This document shows positions 32,806 to 43,418 of a stretch of DNA of 64,000 nt, in pieces; position 1 is the first letter of the stretch, and every line of letters starts with the position of its first letter. The stretch covers positions 576,001 through 640,000 of the forward strand of contig CAWJEN010000006.1 of NCBI GenBank assembly GCA_963841915.1, read 5' to 3'. The notes beneath the pieces were generated by a model that saw nothing but the letters and a program-made list of their open reading frames with translations, had not been told where the DNA came from and did no database searches. The translations under genes and the position numbers were made by a program. This DNA comes from an uncultured Planctomycetota bacterium. GTDB taxonomy: Bacteria; Planctomycetota; Phycisphaerae; Tepidisphaerales; Tepidisphaeraceae.

Positions 32806-33723
32806 ATGACTCAACTCATGTCCGCAGACGTTCAGCTTCGCCCCAGCAACGGGCAGTTCCGATCCAACCGGGTCTGGCCGCAACCGGCGGATAAAGGCCC
32901 GACGGTGCAGGACGCTATCGCCGCCGGAGGCAACTACGCGACGAACGTGCACCCTGAGCTCGCCAGCGAGGACAGCGTTGTCGACGTGACCGACTTCAAG
33001 CTCCACTACGGTCAGAAGCAGGCGTTGTGGGACATCAACATGAAGTTCCCACGAGGCAAAGTCACCGCACTCATCGGCCCTTCGGGTTGCGGCAAATCGA
33101 CGCTCCTCCGCAGCATCAACCGCCTCAACGACCTCATCGATACGGTCAAGATCGATGGCAACATGCTCATTAACGGCGACCCCATCTATGCCAAGAATGT
33201 CGACGTCATCGAGCTGCGCAAACGCATGGGCATGGTCTTCCAGAAGTCCAACCCGTTCCCGATGAGCATCTTCGAGAACGTCGTCTTCTCCCTCCGCATC
33301 GATGGCGAACGGAACAAGAAGGTCCTCCGCGCCGCCTGCGAGCAATCACTCCGCGGGGCGGCGCTGTGGGACGAGGTCAAGGACCGGCTCGACGAATCGG
33401 CCCTTGGCCTGTCGGGTGGTCAGCAGCAACGACTGTGCATCGCCCGGGCCATCGCTGCCGAGCCGGAGGTGCTGCTGATGGACGAGCCGTGCAGCGCGCT
33501 TGACCCGATCGCCACCGGCAAGATCGAAGAACTCATTGCCAACTTGCGAGGCCGGTACACCGTCATCATCGTCACGCACAACATGCAGCAGGCGACCCGC
33601 TGCAGCGACTACACCGCCTTCATGTACCTCGGCCGCCTCATCGAGTATGGGCCGACGGCGACCATTTTCCAAAACCCGCACCTACGCGAGACCGAGGACT
33701 ACGTCACCGGCCGCTTCGGCTGA
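32806..33723 (+). CDS. pstB: Phosphate ABC transporter ATP-binding protein
   Basis: [49 protein letters not shown]. Confidence 0.97.
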   Translation: MTQLMSADVQLRPSNGQFRSNRVWPQPADKGPTVQDAIAAGGNYATNVHPELASEDSVVDVTDFKLHYGQKQALWDINMKFPRGKVTALIGPSGCGKSTLLRSINRLNDLIDTVKIDGNMLINGDPIYAKNVDVIELRKRMGMVFQKSNPFPMSIFENVVFSLRIDGERNKKVLRAACEQSLRGAALWDEVKDRLDESALGLSGGQQQRLCIARAIAAEPEVLLMDEPCSALDPIATGKIEELIANLRGRYTVIIVTHNMQQATRCSDYTAFMYLGRLIEYGPTATIFQNPHLRETEDYVTGRFG

Positions 33724-34769
33724 TACGGCATTGCGTCAAAGCGGTCGCCCGGCGTGCCGTCGTCGCTAATCTCGATGAGCGGCTTGCTGAAGGCGATGTG
33801 CTGTTGCACGTCGAGTCGCGCCTGCGGATCGGCAGGCAGGTCGAGGCGATGGCCGTCGGCGCTGTGCCACTCGTTCGACACATTGGGCCGCCAGGCATCA
33901 GCGGTGCTCAGTCGCGGCAGAACAGCGGGGCGAAGATCTCGCCGCACGAAAAACGCGTTGAGCCCGGCATGTCCGCAGCCGACGAGGTCGTATCCCTTTG
34001 CGGATCCCAGTCGCTCCAGCGCGGCCAACGACGCTCCGAAGTAAAAGAGAGACGCGTCGGCCTCTGCTCTGTGGAACGTCGGGTCGTACGGCACCGTCAC
34101 CGCCGCCGTGGGGCCGAATCGCGCGTTGTATTCAGCCACGACGATGGCCGGCTGAACGCAGTCGATCGCCCGCCAGATCCACCAGTCGACGCCGTCAACG
34201 TCGATGCTGAGCAAGCCGAGGTCGCCCGCAAAGCCGTTGTCGGTAATGAGCTTGTTGATGTTCTCGGCCGTGACGAAGGATTGCACAGCCGTCAGGTCGA
34301 AGACGTAGTGCGGCCGCCTGGCCCTGATCGATTCGATGTGCTGTTTGCTGCCATCAATGACGAGGCCGGACCACGGCCCGACGTCACTGCCGGCGGCGAG
34401 CCATCTGCAGTTGGCCTCGTGAAAGCTCTCGACGCCGAACTCGACAAAGCGACGCGTCTGAACCGGTACGTGGCGGAGCAGATGCCGCAGGATTCCGTCT
34501 TCGCCGTACTGACTGAACGCGCGGAAGCCATAGTCGGCTATGGGTTGATCTTGAGGGACGGCTGCGAGCTGCCGCGCTTCGACGCGACCGATCGCTTCAC
34601 GCAACACCTCGACCTCGCGGCGGAGCATGGCCACCTCGTAGAGCGTCTGCCCTGTATCTTTGGCCTCGAGTCGCTGGCGAGCGAGGGCGGTCGCTGAACG
34701 AATTTTGCCGAGAAAGCTGCTCAAAACGAGTGATCCAACGATGTCAGAAGATCCTGCGACATCATACAT
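33699..34769 (-). CDS. FkbM-like (Methyltransf_21-type) methyltransferase family protein
   Basis: [16 protein letters not shown]...[27 protein letters not shown]...KGY, NAFFV; only the 3' part of the 754-aa ORF looks real. Confidence 0.7.
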   Translation of the reverse strand: MYDVAGSSDIVGSLVLSSFLGKIRSATALARQRLEAKDTGQTLYEVAMLRREVEVLREAIGRVEARQLAAVPQDQPIADYGFRAFSQYGEDGILRHLLRHVPVQTRRFVEFGVESFHEANCRWLAAGSDVGPWSGLVIDGSKQHIESIRARRPHYVFDLTAVQSFVTAENINKLITDNGFAGDLGLLSIDVDGVDWWIWRAIDCVQPAIVVAEYNARFGPTAAVTVPYDPTFHRAEADASLFYFGASLAALERLGSAKGYDLVGCGHAGLNAFFVRRDLRPAVLPRLSTADAWRPNVSNEWHSADGHRLDLPADPQARLDVQQHIAFSKPLIEISDDGTPGDRFDAMPYQPKRPVT

Positions 34770-34816
34770 CGTAGGGAGCAGCGCGCCCGCGACCGGCGAT
34801 AGCTGTGCAGTGCGCG

Positions 34817-36049
34817 TCAAATCCGGATGTAGAGCTTCCGCCGGTGCATCCAGAGGAGCAGGAGCCACCAAAGCGTGAGCCAAAGCACCGGCCAAGCGAG
34901 GCCGCCGACGATGGAGGAGCTTGATCCGTATGCCACCCACGCGATGAAGCCGCTGGCGAGATTGGCCGTGTCGCCCGTGGGCGTGTGGATGCTCCAGCGT
35001 GAGATGATCGTCTTGAAGACGAGCTCGCTGCCGACGTAGAGCACGATCGCGTTGAGGCCGAAGACGCGCAGGAAGTCGAGCGACGTCAGCCTTTTGGCGT
35101 CGCAGATGAACCAGAGCGTCGCCAGGCAGATCAGACCGACGCCGGCGCTGAGCAGGCAGTAGGGCACGCTGAAGAACCACTTGCTGGCCGGTACGGTCAG
35201 GCGGCTCAGCAGTCCGCCACCGGCCGGGCCATAGCCCCACGACATCGCCTGGCTCAGTGCGACGAGTAGGACGCCTATCGCCAAGAGTCCGCCGAGTTTG
35301 CGGCCGGTCGAGCCTCCACCGGCAAGGAAGAGGCTCGCCCACCCGCCGGCCATGGCAATGCCGGCAGCAGGCAGCGCCTGTTGAAATCCGCCGAACCAGC
35401 CGAGCCCGCTGTTGAGCCATCCCTTGACGCCGTGGAAGTGCTGCCAGGTTCCGACGCCACCGACCGACTCGGCGGCAGCGCCGGCGGCTCCGAGCTCGGC
35501 CACCGTGTCGTATGGCACGAGCGTCATCAAGCCCCATTTCACCAGCAAAGTGACGCTGACGCCCGTCACCTGCGCCCATCGCGGCAGCAGGAACAGAGCA
35601 ACGCAAACGACATACGCCGCCCCGATGAGCTGCAGGATGTTCCAGCTCAACAGATCGGCCCAAACGAGCGGCCGGGTGTGGGCCGAGCCGGCGACAGTCA
35701 GGAGGACACCGAGCAGGTAGATGATCGTGCCGCGTCGCAACGCCGATAGCATTGTCCGCCAAGCCGGGCGATCCCGGCCGCGACCAAACCGCAGCGACAG
35801 CGGCACACTCGCCCCGGCGGCAAACAGGAACAGCGGAAACACCAGGTCGGCCGCCGTCGCCCCTTGCAACGGGTCGTTGAACGGCACGTGAAACCACTGC
35901 TTGTGCAACCCCTCGAGCGACGTGTCGTTGAACAGCTTCGGGTCGAAGGTGTGGTTGACCCAAACCATCAGCGCGATCGTCGCCCCGCGCAGCACGTCGA
36001 GCGACACGAGGCGGCTAGGTGCCTGAGGTTTAGGCTCTAGATCGCTCAT
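34817..36049 (-). CDS. Heparan-alpha-glucosaminide N-acetyltransferase-like membrane acyltransferase
   Basis: RLVSLDVLRG.T...M..VN, ADLVFP.FLF..G.S, ILQ.IG, FG.NAI..Y, ...RKLYIRI. Confidence 0.85.
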   Translation of the reverse strand: MSDLEPKPQAPSRLVSLDVLRGATIALMVWVNHTFDPKLFNDTSLEGLHKQWFHVPFNDPLQGATAADLVFPLFLFAAGASVPLSLRFGRGRDRPAWRTMLSALRRGTIIYLLGVLLTVAGSAHTRPLVWADLLSWNILQLIGAAYVVCVALFLLPRWAQVTGVSVTLLVKWGLMTLVPYDTVAELGAAGAAAESVGGVGTWQHFHGVKGWLNSGLGWFGGFQQALPAAGIAMAGGWASLFLAGGGSTGRKLGGLLAIGVLLVALSQAMSWGYGPAGGGLLSRLTVPASKWFFSVPYCLLSAGVGLICLATLWFICDAKRLTSLDFLRVFGLNAIVLYVGSELVFKTIISRWSIHTPTGDTANLASGFIAWVAYGSSSSIVGGLAWPVLWLTLWWLLLLWMHRRKLYIRI

Positions 36050-36672
36050 GGCTGCTCGACCATCCGCTCGAACAGGTACGGCCCGGCCTCTGCGCCCCAG
36101 ACCTGCTCGCCGTCCGCGCTGAATCCGCGGTCCCAGCTTTGGAGTTGATCGCGATTCAGCGTGACCTCGCTGGTGGCGTACGAAGCGCCGCCGAGGGTCG
36201 AGGCGCAGCCCTTACCCTCGGTACCGCCGACGAACGACTGGCCCTCTTGTGTCAGGTAGACGCCGCACCCGTCGCGGAGCGTCAGGTCGTCAGGCGACAG
36301 CTCATCAAACTTCTCCACAGCGCGGTAAGCACCGGCATAGGCGAGCGGGTCTCCGGGCAATGTGTAGACATAGCTCACGACCCGGCCGTCCTCGGTGGCA
36401 GCGACGCGGTAGATCCGCTGGCGGTACGGCCGCTCTACAGCACGGGCGGCTGCCTGCTCGACGTACAGCCACGGGCCATCGTCGCGTCCCTGCCAGATTG
36501 GGCGAACGTGCAACTCGATGGCGAAATACCGGTCGTCAGCCTCAGCCTGGGCACTGCTCGTGAAGTCGCCGGTGAGGTAAGTAGCCGCGGTGGCGACTAC
36601 TCGAGACGGGCCGGCGGCCGGCTGTGGTGACGGGGTGAGCAGGCAGACCGCGAGGAGGGCAGCGAGAAGCAT
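36046..36672 (-). CDS. Exported CpcT/CpeT family (T-type bilin lyase-like) protein
   Basis: LTGDF.S..QA, WLYVEQA, PYRQR.Y, GC, GASYA.SEV, SWDRGF...G.QVWG...GPY.F; N-terminal signal peptide. Confidence 0.85.
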   Translation of the reverse strand: MLLAALLAVCLLTPSPQPAAGPSRVVATAATYLTGDFTSSAQAEADDRYFAIELHVRPIWQGRDDGPWLYVEQAAARAVERPYRQRIYRVAATEDGRVVSYVYTLPGDPLAYAGAYRAVEKFDELSPDDLTLRDGCGVYLTQEGQSFVGGTEGKGCASTLGGASYATSEVTLNRDQLQSWDRGFSADGEQVWGAEAGPYLFERMVEQP

Positions 36673-36811
36673 GCAGCCATTGTAAATGATTGTCGTGGTA
36701 AGCGAAGCGGTCAGCAACGCCAGCCACACCCGTGCCTCAATCTCGCCGTTGATGTAGATTGTCTCGGATGTGACCTTGCAAAGAGTTAGGGTGGCAAGCG
36801 ATTGCACCACT

Positions 36812-37642
36812 ATGACTCAGCCATCAGCCACAGGCATCCGCCGCCCCGTCACCCGCTCCGCTGCCGTTGACGAAGCAGGCCCTGGGCTGCTGAAGCAGAT
36901 GCTGTTGCCTGTCCGCCAGGGCCTCCGATCGCTTGGCGTCGACGTGAAGCGGTATCAGGAGTCAGGGCCGGTGATGCGGCAACTCGATCCGGCAAGGGTG
37001 CCGGATGCGGACATGTATCAGCCGCACTTTCAGCCGTGGCTGTCGGACGTTTTTCAGGACATCTACGCGGGCATCAACCAGCACACGATCGTCAGCATCG
37101 ACCGGTGCTATTTGCTGGCGTCGTTGTGTGAGCAGGTGCTGGCGGGCGGCACCGACGGCGAGATCTGGGAGCGCGGCGTCTACCGCGGTGGGACGGGCAA
37201 GCTGCTCGCCGAGACCATTGCCGCGTCAGGGTCGCCGGTCACGCTTCGGCTGTTCGACACGTATGAGGGCATGCCGGAGACGGACGCGCAGCGTGACCTG
37301 CACAAGGCCGGCGATTTTGCCGACACCTCTGCCGAGGCCGTGGGTGCGCTGGTGCCGCAGGATTTCGTGTCGCTGCACAAAGGCTTCGTGCCCGACACGT
37401 TCTCGGGGCTGGAGGCGTCGAAAGTTGCGATGATTCACATTGATCTCGACATCTATCAGGGCGTGCTCGACGCAACGGCATTCGCCTACGACAGGCTGGT
37501 GCCGGGCGGATTTATCATTTACGACGACTACGGCCAGCCGTACACGCCCGGTGCCCGCAAGGCGGTCGACGAGTTCTTTGCGGGCAAGCCCGAGTCGCCG
37601 ATCACGCTCTGGTCGGGTCAGGCGATGATCGTCAAACAGTGA
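36812..37642 (+). CDS. TylF/MycF/NovP family O-methyltransferase
   Basis: GEIWExGVYRGG, LFDTYEGMP, KG.VPDT, HID.DIY, LVPGG.I.YDDY. Confidence 0.88.
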   Translation: MTQPSATGIRRPVTRSAAVDEAGPGLLKQMLLPVRQGLRSLGVDVKRYQESGPVMRQLDPARVPDADMYQPHFQPWLSDVFQDIYAGINQHTIVSIDRCYLLASLCEQVLAGGTDGEIWERGVYRGGTGKLLAETIAASGSPVTLRLFDTYEGMPETDAQRDLHKAGDFADTSAEAVGALVPQDFVSLHKGFVPDTFSGLEASKVAMIHIDLDIYQGVLDATAFAYDRLVPGGFIIYDDYGQPYTPGARKAVDEFFAGKPESPITLWSGQAMIVKQ

Positions 37643-37667
37643 GTTGCCGTCGCCCTATGGTGCGTCG

Positions 37668-39212
37668 ATGGGTAAGCCGACAGGATTCAAGGAAATTGCG
37701 CGAGAGACCCGGCCACGCCGCGAGGTGAACCTGCGCGTCAGCGACTGGCAGGAGATCTATTTGCCGCTCTCGGAGGAAAAACTTCGGAATCAGGGCGCAC
37801 GTTGTATGGACTGCGGCGTGCCGTTCTGCAACCACGGCTGTCCGCTGGGCAATCAGATACCTGACTGGAACGACCTCGTCTACCGCGGCAGGTGGTTCGA
37901 GGCGTACCAGTCGCTCATCCGCACGAACAACTTTCCGGAGTTCACCGGCCGCATCTGTCCGGCACCATGCGAAGAAGCGTGCGTGCTCAGCCTCAACGAC
38001 CGGCCGGTCACGATCAAGAGCATTGAGCAGGCCATTGCCGACCGGGCGTTCGAAGAAGGCTGGGTCGTCGCAGAACCGCCCAGCGAGCGGACGGGCAAGA
38101 AGGTCGCCGTCGTCGGTAGCGGCCCGGCAGGTATGGCGGCGGCGCAGCAACTGAATCGTGCCGGTCACGAGGTCGTCGTCTTCGAACGCGACGACCGCGC
38201 AGGCGGGCTGATGATCTACGGCATCCCCGATTTCAAGATCAACAAAAGCGTCGTCGACCGTCGCGTTCGCATCCTCGAAGAAGAAGGCATCGAGTTCCGG
38301 TGCGGCGTCAACGTCGGCCTGGACGTCACGACCGAAGAGCTTCGCGAGGAGTTCGACGCAATCATCCTGTGCAACGGCGCGACGAAAGCACGCGACGTCA
38401 ACACTCCCGGCCGCGATCTCAACGGCATCCACTACGCGATGACGTACCTGCCGCAGCAGACGCGGTTGAACATGGACGCGATCAACGCGGTTGCCGACGA
38501 AGACGGTGACGGGGCGGCAATCGGGCGACTCGGTAACACCGTGGGCGAGCAGATCTTCGCCGAGCAGCAGATCGATGCCAAGGACAAGCACGTCGTCATC
38601 ATCGGTGGCGGTGACACAGCGGCCGACTGCCTCGGCACCGCGCTTCGTCAAGGTGCCAAGAGCATCCGCCAGTTCGACATCAACGCCCAGCCGCCCGGTG
38701 AACGGGATCCAATGACCACCTGGCCGAATTGGCCAATGGTGCTGCGAACTAGTGCTGCCCACGAGGAAGGCGTCGACGTGTACGGCCGCGACTTACGGGA
38801 CTTTGCCGTTCTGACCAAGTCGTTCCTCGGTGACGGCGAGGGCAACGTCCGCGCGATCGAGGGCGTGCGCATCGAGAGCCACAAGGACGAGCAGGGCGTT
38901 CGGCACGTGAGCGAGTTGCCGGACGGCGCATTTGAGTTGCCGTGCGATCTGTGCCTGCTGGCCATCGGTTTCACCGGCCCCGATCCGGTCGGCCCGATCA
39001 GCGACCTTGACCTGAAGCTCACCAAACGCGGTGCGGTCGACGTCGGTCAGGATTACATGACCAGCTGCGAAGGCGTTTTCGCCGCCGGCGACGCAAGGCG
39101 CGGTCAAAGCCTCGTCGTCTGGGCGATCAGCGAAGGACGCCAAGCAGCACGGAGCTGCGACGAATGGCTGATGGGCTACAGCGATCTGCCGGAACTGCCG
39201 CTGGAGTTGTAG
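37668..39212 (+). CDS. gltD: Glutamate synthase small (beta) subunit
   Basis: MGKPTGF, RCMDCGVPFC, GCP.GN.IPDWN, GRICPAPCE, GSGPAG, GGGDT..DC, GQSLVVWAI.EGR. Confidence 0.95.
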   Translation: MGKPTGFKEIARETRPRREVNLRVSDWQEIYLPLSEEKLRNQGARCMDCGVPFCNHGCPLGNQIPDWNDLVYRGRWFEAYQSLIRTNNFPEFTGRICPAPCEEACVLSLNDRPVTIKSIEQAIADRAFEEGWVVAEPPSERTGKKVAVVGSGPAGMAAAQQLNRAGHEVVVFERDDRAGGLMIYGIPDFKINKSVVDRRVRILEEEGIEFRCGVNVGLDVTTEELREEFDAIILCNGATKARDVNTPGRDLNGIHYAMTYLPQQTRLNMDAINAVADEDGDGAAIGRLGNTVGEQIFAEQQIDAKDKHVVIIGGGDTAADCLGTALRQGAKSIRQFDINAQPPGERDPMTTWPNWPMVLRTSAAHEEGVDVYGRDLRDFAVLTKSFLGDGEGNVRAIEGVRIESHKDEQGVRHVSELPDGAFELPCDLCLLAIGFTGPDPVGPISDLDLKLTKRGAVDVGQDYMTSCEGVFAAGDARRGQSLVVWAISEGRQAARSCDEWLMGYSDLPELPLEL

Positions 39213-39296
39213 GAGGTGGCGATGATCGAAGCGGACGTTGCCGCGTCGAAGCTGACGCGCAGCAGACCGCCCGCGCTTTTGTAGTGGCTGCGACAA

Positions 39297-40778
39297 CTAT
39301 TCGACGACGTTGACGGCTGAGGCGACGCGGTCGATCAGGTCGAGCAGCCGTTCGTCCGTCTGCACGCCGTAGAACAGTTCGCGATCGAAGAGCACCGCCT
39401 CTCGCTCGCGTTGCTGCTCCAGTTCATCGCGGCGGCGGAGCCATTGCTGATAGCGGTCGTCGGTCGCGAGTCGCCTGTGGCGTTCGGCGTGCATGGCGTC
39501 GAAGATCTCGCGGCGGGCGCGGAAGGTGTCGGCGGCGATGATGCTTTTGAGCCAGGCTGCTTTATCGTCACCGAGCACGACATGGCGAAGACGGTGGCCC
39601 TCCTGCTCGATGCACGGCGGGCAGACCCGGTCGGCGGAGGCCGCGTCGGGGTGCACCAGCGTCGCCGTGGCTACCACGAACTGCGGTGGCTCCATGCCAA
39701 AGTAGCTGCGGATCAGGCGATCGAGCACGTCGTCGTAGTGCCCGCCACCGATGCCGTGGATGAACAGGTCGCTGCACATCAACCGCGCGAACATCGTCAG
39801 CGACAACGCCCGCGACGCGAGGCGGACGCGCTGGCGACGCATCGCCATGAGCAGCAGCATCGGCGAATCGGGCAGCGTCAGTCGATCGTTGATGACGAGC
39901 GTGTCGCCGTCGCGTTTCACGGTGGCCCGCTCGCGGACGCCGGTGTCGAGGTCGTCGAACCAGAATGGCAATTCGCCCGTCGTCAGATCCGGCATTGGCC
40001 GATCGGCGTCTGTGATGCCGCGGTCGCTGCGATGCCCGGCAAGCGCCGCGTTGTAGTGCTGCGCAAACCGCTCGGCGTCGCCTGCCACGTGCAGCACCGT
40101 GGCCGCCCAGCCGGGCGACTCAAATAAGCCCGAAGCCATGACCGTCGAATATCGCAGCCCCAGCGACCAGTCGAGCTTGTGGAACGCGTCTGCCATCGCC
40201 GCCGGCAGGTTCATCGGCGACGGGCCGTCCCGTTGGTCGATGAGGTAACGCCGAATGTCGAGCAGAAACGACTCGACGTTCTTCGGCAAGCCATCTGCCG
40301 CGAGCAGCTCGTCCAGATGGGCAGGCGTTGGCGGTTCGAGCTGTCCCGTCCATGCCGCCCCGTGCAGCCGCGGGTCGTCGCTGATCTTGCCAACAAATCC
40401 GGGCCACCTGAGCTTGAGATGCTTCGGCGCGTCCGTGTCGACCGCGACATGCCACGCGCTGCCACCGGCGGCCTCGGCGACGGCATGGATGACCGCATTC
40501 TTCACCCAAACGCCCGGGTGGTGCAGCTCACTCTGGTGTCCCGTCATCACGACCGGACCGTCGCCGGCACCGAGGAAACTACGCATCTCCGTACGCCACT
40601 CGCCCAGCGGGCGGTCGAGCAGCGCGACGAGTGCTGCGTCGAGAGCACGTCGAGTCTCTTTGGCTGTGTCGGCCAGCGATGCGGCGTCGGGCCAGACCAG
40701 CAGGTCGCCGTCAGACTTGGGTGCGATCCACTGGCCGTACGCCTGCCCGTGGTCGCTTGATACAACGTCGTCGACCAC
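39297..40778 (-). CDS. Conserved hypothetical protein, distant BshC-like (nucleotidyltransferase/ligase-like)
   Basis: VVMTGHQ....HPGVW.K and LFIHGIGG..YD motifs; C-terminal coiled-coil region; follows a GT2 gene. Confidence 0.55.
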   Translation of the reverse strand: MVDDVVSSDHGQAYGQWIAPKSDGDLLVWPDAASLADTAKETRRALDAALVALLDRPLGEWRTEMRSFLGAGDGPVVMTGHQSELHHPGVWVKNAVIHAVAEAAGGSAWHVAVDTDAPKHLKLRWPGFVGKISDDPRLHGAAWTGQLEPPTPAHLDELLAADGLPKNVESFLLDIRRYLIDQRDGPSPMNLPAAMADAFHKLDWSLGLRYSTVMASGLFESPGWAATVLHVAGDAERFAQHYNAALAGHRSDRGITDADRPMPDLTTGELPFWFDDLDTGVRERATVKRDGDTLVINDRLTLPDSPMLLLMAMRRQRVRLASRALSLTMFARLMCSDLFIHGIGGGHYDDVLDRLIRSYFGMEPPQFVVATATLVHPDAASADRVCPPCIEQEGHRLRHVVLGDDKAAWLKSIIAADTFRARREIFDAMHAERHRRLATDDRYQQWLRRRDELEQQREREAVLFDRELFYGVQTDERLLDLIDRVASAVNVVE

Positions 40779-40787
40779 GGCGACAGC

Positions 40788-41708
40788 TTACGGGCAGGGA
40801 ACAGCGGCGGCTTCGGCAAAACCGTCGCGCATCGCGTCGCGTAGTCGCGTGCGGCCGGGTCGGTCATCAAGCTGGTCAATCACGTCCCGCGCCACCGCCG
40901 ACACCGCGTCTCGCAAAGGCGGCAGGTCGAGGCGACACAGCTCGTCGCGCAGCACGTTGAGATAGTGCCGAAGCCGAACCCGCGAATCGTCCAGGTCGTC
41001 ACCGTCTTTCGTCTGCCCAAACGAGCGATCGGCGTCGTTGTAGATGCGTCGCACCGGAATCTCGCGAATCCGCAGCCCGTCGGCGTACGCGCGCGGCCAC
41101 AGCTGCATCGGGAACGCGTAACCCGCTTCGTCAAGGTCCAGCGCACAAGTGGGACCGACGCGGTGGGCTTTAAATCCGCAGAACGTGTCGCTCAGCGTCC
41201 AGCCGAACAAATCGTTGACGGTCGCGGTGAGGATTAGATTGACGAGCCTTCGTTCCGGTGGCGGAAGATCACCACCGGCCGCCTCGGGGCAGTACCGCGT
41301 GCCGCTGATGATGTCGGCATCGTCGTCCTGAATCGCCTCGACGAAGCCCGGGAGGTTGGCCGGGTCGTGCTGCTCGTCGCAGTCCATCGTGATAACCCAG
41401 TCGTACCCGCGGGCGTGTGCCCAGTCGAATGCCGTCATGAGCGCGCCGCCGTACCCGCGGTTGTTGTCGTGACGGACGTGGTGGATGTCACCTGTCTCTG
41501 CTGCCGACTCGAGCAAAGCCGTGGTGCCGTCGGTTGAAGCGTCGTCGACCATCAGCGTGTCGTACGGCACCTCCTCCAACAGCCGCGGCAACAACTTGGC
41601 GGCATGACCGACCTCGTTATGCACCGGGATCGCGACCAGAAGCCGCGGGAGGTCCGTTACGTCAAGAGCACCTGGCACAGCTTGAACACTACGCGACGAC
41701 CCGTACAT
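40788..41708 (-). CDS. GT2 glycosyltransferase (DPM1-like)
   Basis: AIPVHNE, VDDASTDGT, NRGYGGAL, TMDCDEQH, DTFCGFK; start uncertain. Confidence 0.88.
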   Translation of the reverse strand: MYGSSRSVQAVPGALDVTDLPRLLVAIPVHNEVGHAAKLLPRLLEEVPYDTLMVDDASTDGTTALLESAAETGDIHHVRHDNNRGYGGALMTAFDWAHARGYDWVITMDCDEQHDPANLPGFVEAIQDDDADIISGTRYCPEAAGGDLPPPERRLVNLILTATVNDLFGWTLSDTFCGFKAHRVGPTCALDLDEAGYAFPMQLWPRAYADGLRIREIPVRRIYNDADRSFGQTKDGDDLDDSRVRLRHYLNVLRDELCRLDLPPLRDAVSAVARDVIDQLDDRPGRTRLRDAMRDGFAEAAAVPCP

Positions 41709-41748
41709 CGGCCAACTGTCAGAAGTATGGCACGTCAAAGCGCCTGGA

Positions 41749-43143
41749 TCAGCCAGGGAGCTTGATCTGCCGACTGTTGCCTTGTGTGATGGTGACGTCA
41801 TCGTCCATCCACACGTCGCGGGCGAATCCGTTCGAGCGAACATCGTCGAGACGCATGTCGTCGATCGAAACGCCGCAGCTCAGCCGCAACGCCGCCGGCC
41901 AGTCGGCGGTGGCGTTGTCGCCGACGTAGTTGAGCTCAACGTCCTGCAGACGCACCGACTCGCAGCGCCCGAAATTGAAGGTGAGTGCGCCCAGATCGGT
42001 CTGCGTGAATGTTTGCGCGTACGAACCGCCGAGGGTGTAGACGTCGCCGGTGACGAGCTTTGCTAGGAAGGTCGTGTTGAGATCGTCGGCATCTTGTGCC
42101 AGGAGCGTCGAACGGATGCAGCTCATCGTCAGGCCGATGATGTCATGCTCGATGTTGAAGAAGAATGGCCCGCGGTGAGTCGCGTTGATGTTCCGCAGTG
42201 ACAAGTTCTTCACCGCGTGGTAGACGCAGATGACCGGGCCTTTCCAGTCGACGATGTGCACGTTCTCGATCGTGATGTCGCGATGCTCGTCCGGTGAAGG
42301 CCACTCCCAGTCGGGGCGAATCTGGGTGCCGCCGTCCCAGCCAATTTTGATGGCGGCGTCGGAACCCTTGCCGGGCGAATTGATGATCGTGAGGTTGGAG
42401 AAGTGGAGCCCTTCGAGCGGGCGACCTTTGCTGGCGATGGTGCGGATGATTCCGCTACCGTGCAGGTTGCGGGCGGTGACGTTGGAGACCTCGACGCCGC
42501 GGATCAAACCGCCCGGGCGTGCGCTGGTGAGGGACGAGTCGATGGCGATGGCGTCGTCGCCGAAGTCGCCGGTGATGCCGTTGATGACGACGCGTTCTGC
42601 GGGTCCGACGATGTGCACGCCATCCTGCCACGGGTGCTTACCGTCCTGGAAGAAGTTGATGTCGCGGATGTGGACGTCTTGCGCGTCTTCGACGCGCAGG
42701 CCCCACCCGGCGGTGCGGCCGATGCGGCAACCTGTGATCCACAAGCCGTTGACCCCGCGAATTAAAACGCCACCCGCACCTTTGCCGAGACCTTCGGTGG
42801 CGACACCGTCAAAACTCGATCGGCCGTCGCCGATGATGCTGATCTGATCATCACGGCCTTCAGGCTCGAATGAAGCCGAGTTTCTGAGAATGCACCCGCG
42901 CATGGTGTCAGCCGCTACGACCCGTGCCCCGCGGAGCAGCAGGGTGGTGTGGCTCGGCAGGACGATTGGACGATCCAGCACCCACGAGCCGTTGTCGCCA
43001 GGTCCGTCGGGTCCGATGCCGATGACGCGACTTGTCCGTTCGGCTAGAGCGGTCAGAGTGCGTTCGATAGCATCTGAAGCAGACTCTTCGCCCACGGGTG
43101 AGACCCAGCGAACCCCTTCCTGCTGGTGGATCATGATGCTCAT
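41749..43143 (-). CDS. Pectin-lyase-fold beta-helix protein (GH28-like)
   Basis: IVLPSHTTL.L.G, QDGVHI.G, GDDAIAI, repeated I..I.I.N beta-helix pattern. Confidence 0.7.
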   Translation of the reverse strand: MSIMIHQQEGVRWVSPVGEESASDAIERTLTALAERTSRVIGIGPDGPGDNGSWVLDRPIVLPSHTTLLLRGARVVAADTMRGCILRNSASFEPEGRDDQISIIGDGRSSFDGVATEGLGKGAGGVLIRGVNGLWITGCRIGRTAGWGLRVEDAQDVHIRDINFFQDGKHPWQDGVHIVGPAERVVINGITGDFGDDAIAIDSSLTSARPGGLIRGVEVSNVTARNLHGSGIIRTIASKGRPLEGLHFSNLTIINSPGKGSDAAIKIGWDGGTQIRPDWEWPSPDEHRDITIENVHIVDWKGPVICVYHAVKNLSLRNINATHRGPFFFNIEHDIIGLTMSCIRSTLLAQDADDLNTTFLAKLVTGDVYTLGGSYAQTFTQTDLGALTFNFGRCESVRLQDVELNYVGDNATADWPAALRLSCGVSIDDMRLDDVRSNGFARDVWMDDDVTITQGNSRQIKLPG

Positions 43144-43418
43144 GTGGCTTTAGGCTGAGTGTCGAGTGCGTCGGGGCGTCTTGAAGGCGGTGCAGCACCT
43201 TCCGCGGCACCTCGTCGGCAGGCTGCGGAGAGACCTTGTGGTCAGGAAGATTGGTACTGCCCCGGCTGCCGACGCGGCCATGTCCCATGGGCTCACACCT
43301 GCCGGTTGGCTGGTTCCGAGGCTTCGTGCAAGAGCAAACAACCTACTTCATGGACCCATATTGGTCAAGATGCCTGGCAGGCGAACCCAATTTGAGCATC
43401 ACGACGTGTTTCGTGGCA

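Noticed and set aside
34770..35963. N-terminal ~400 aa of the 754-aa ORF 33699-35963
   Set aside because: Arg/Gly-rich off-frame overlap with the real acyltransferase gene; only the 3' part looks like a protein.
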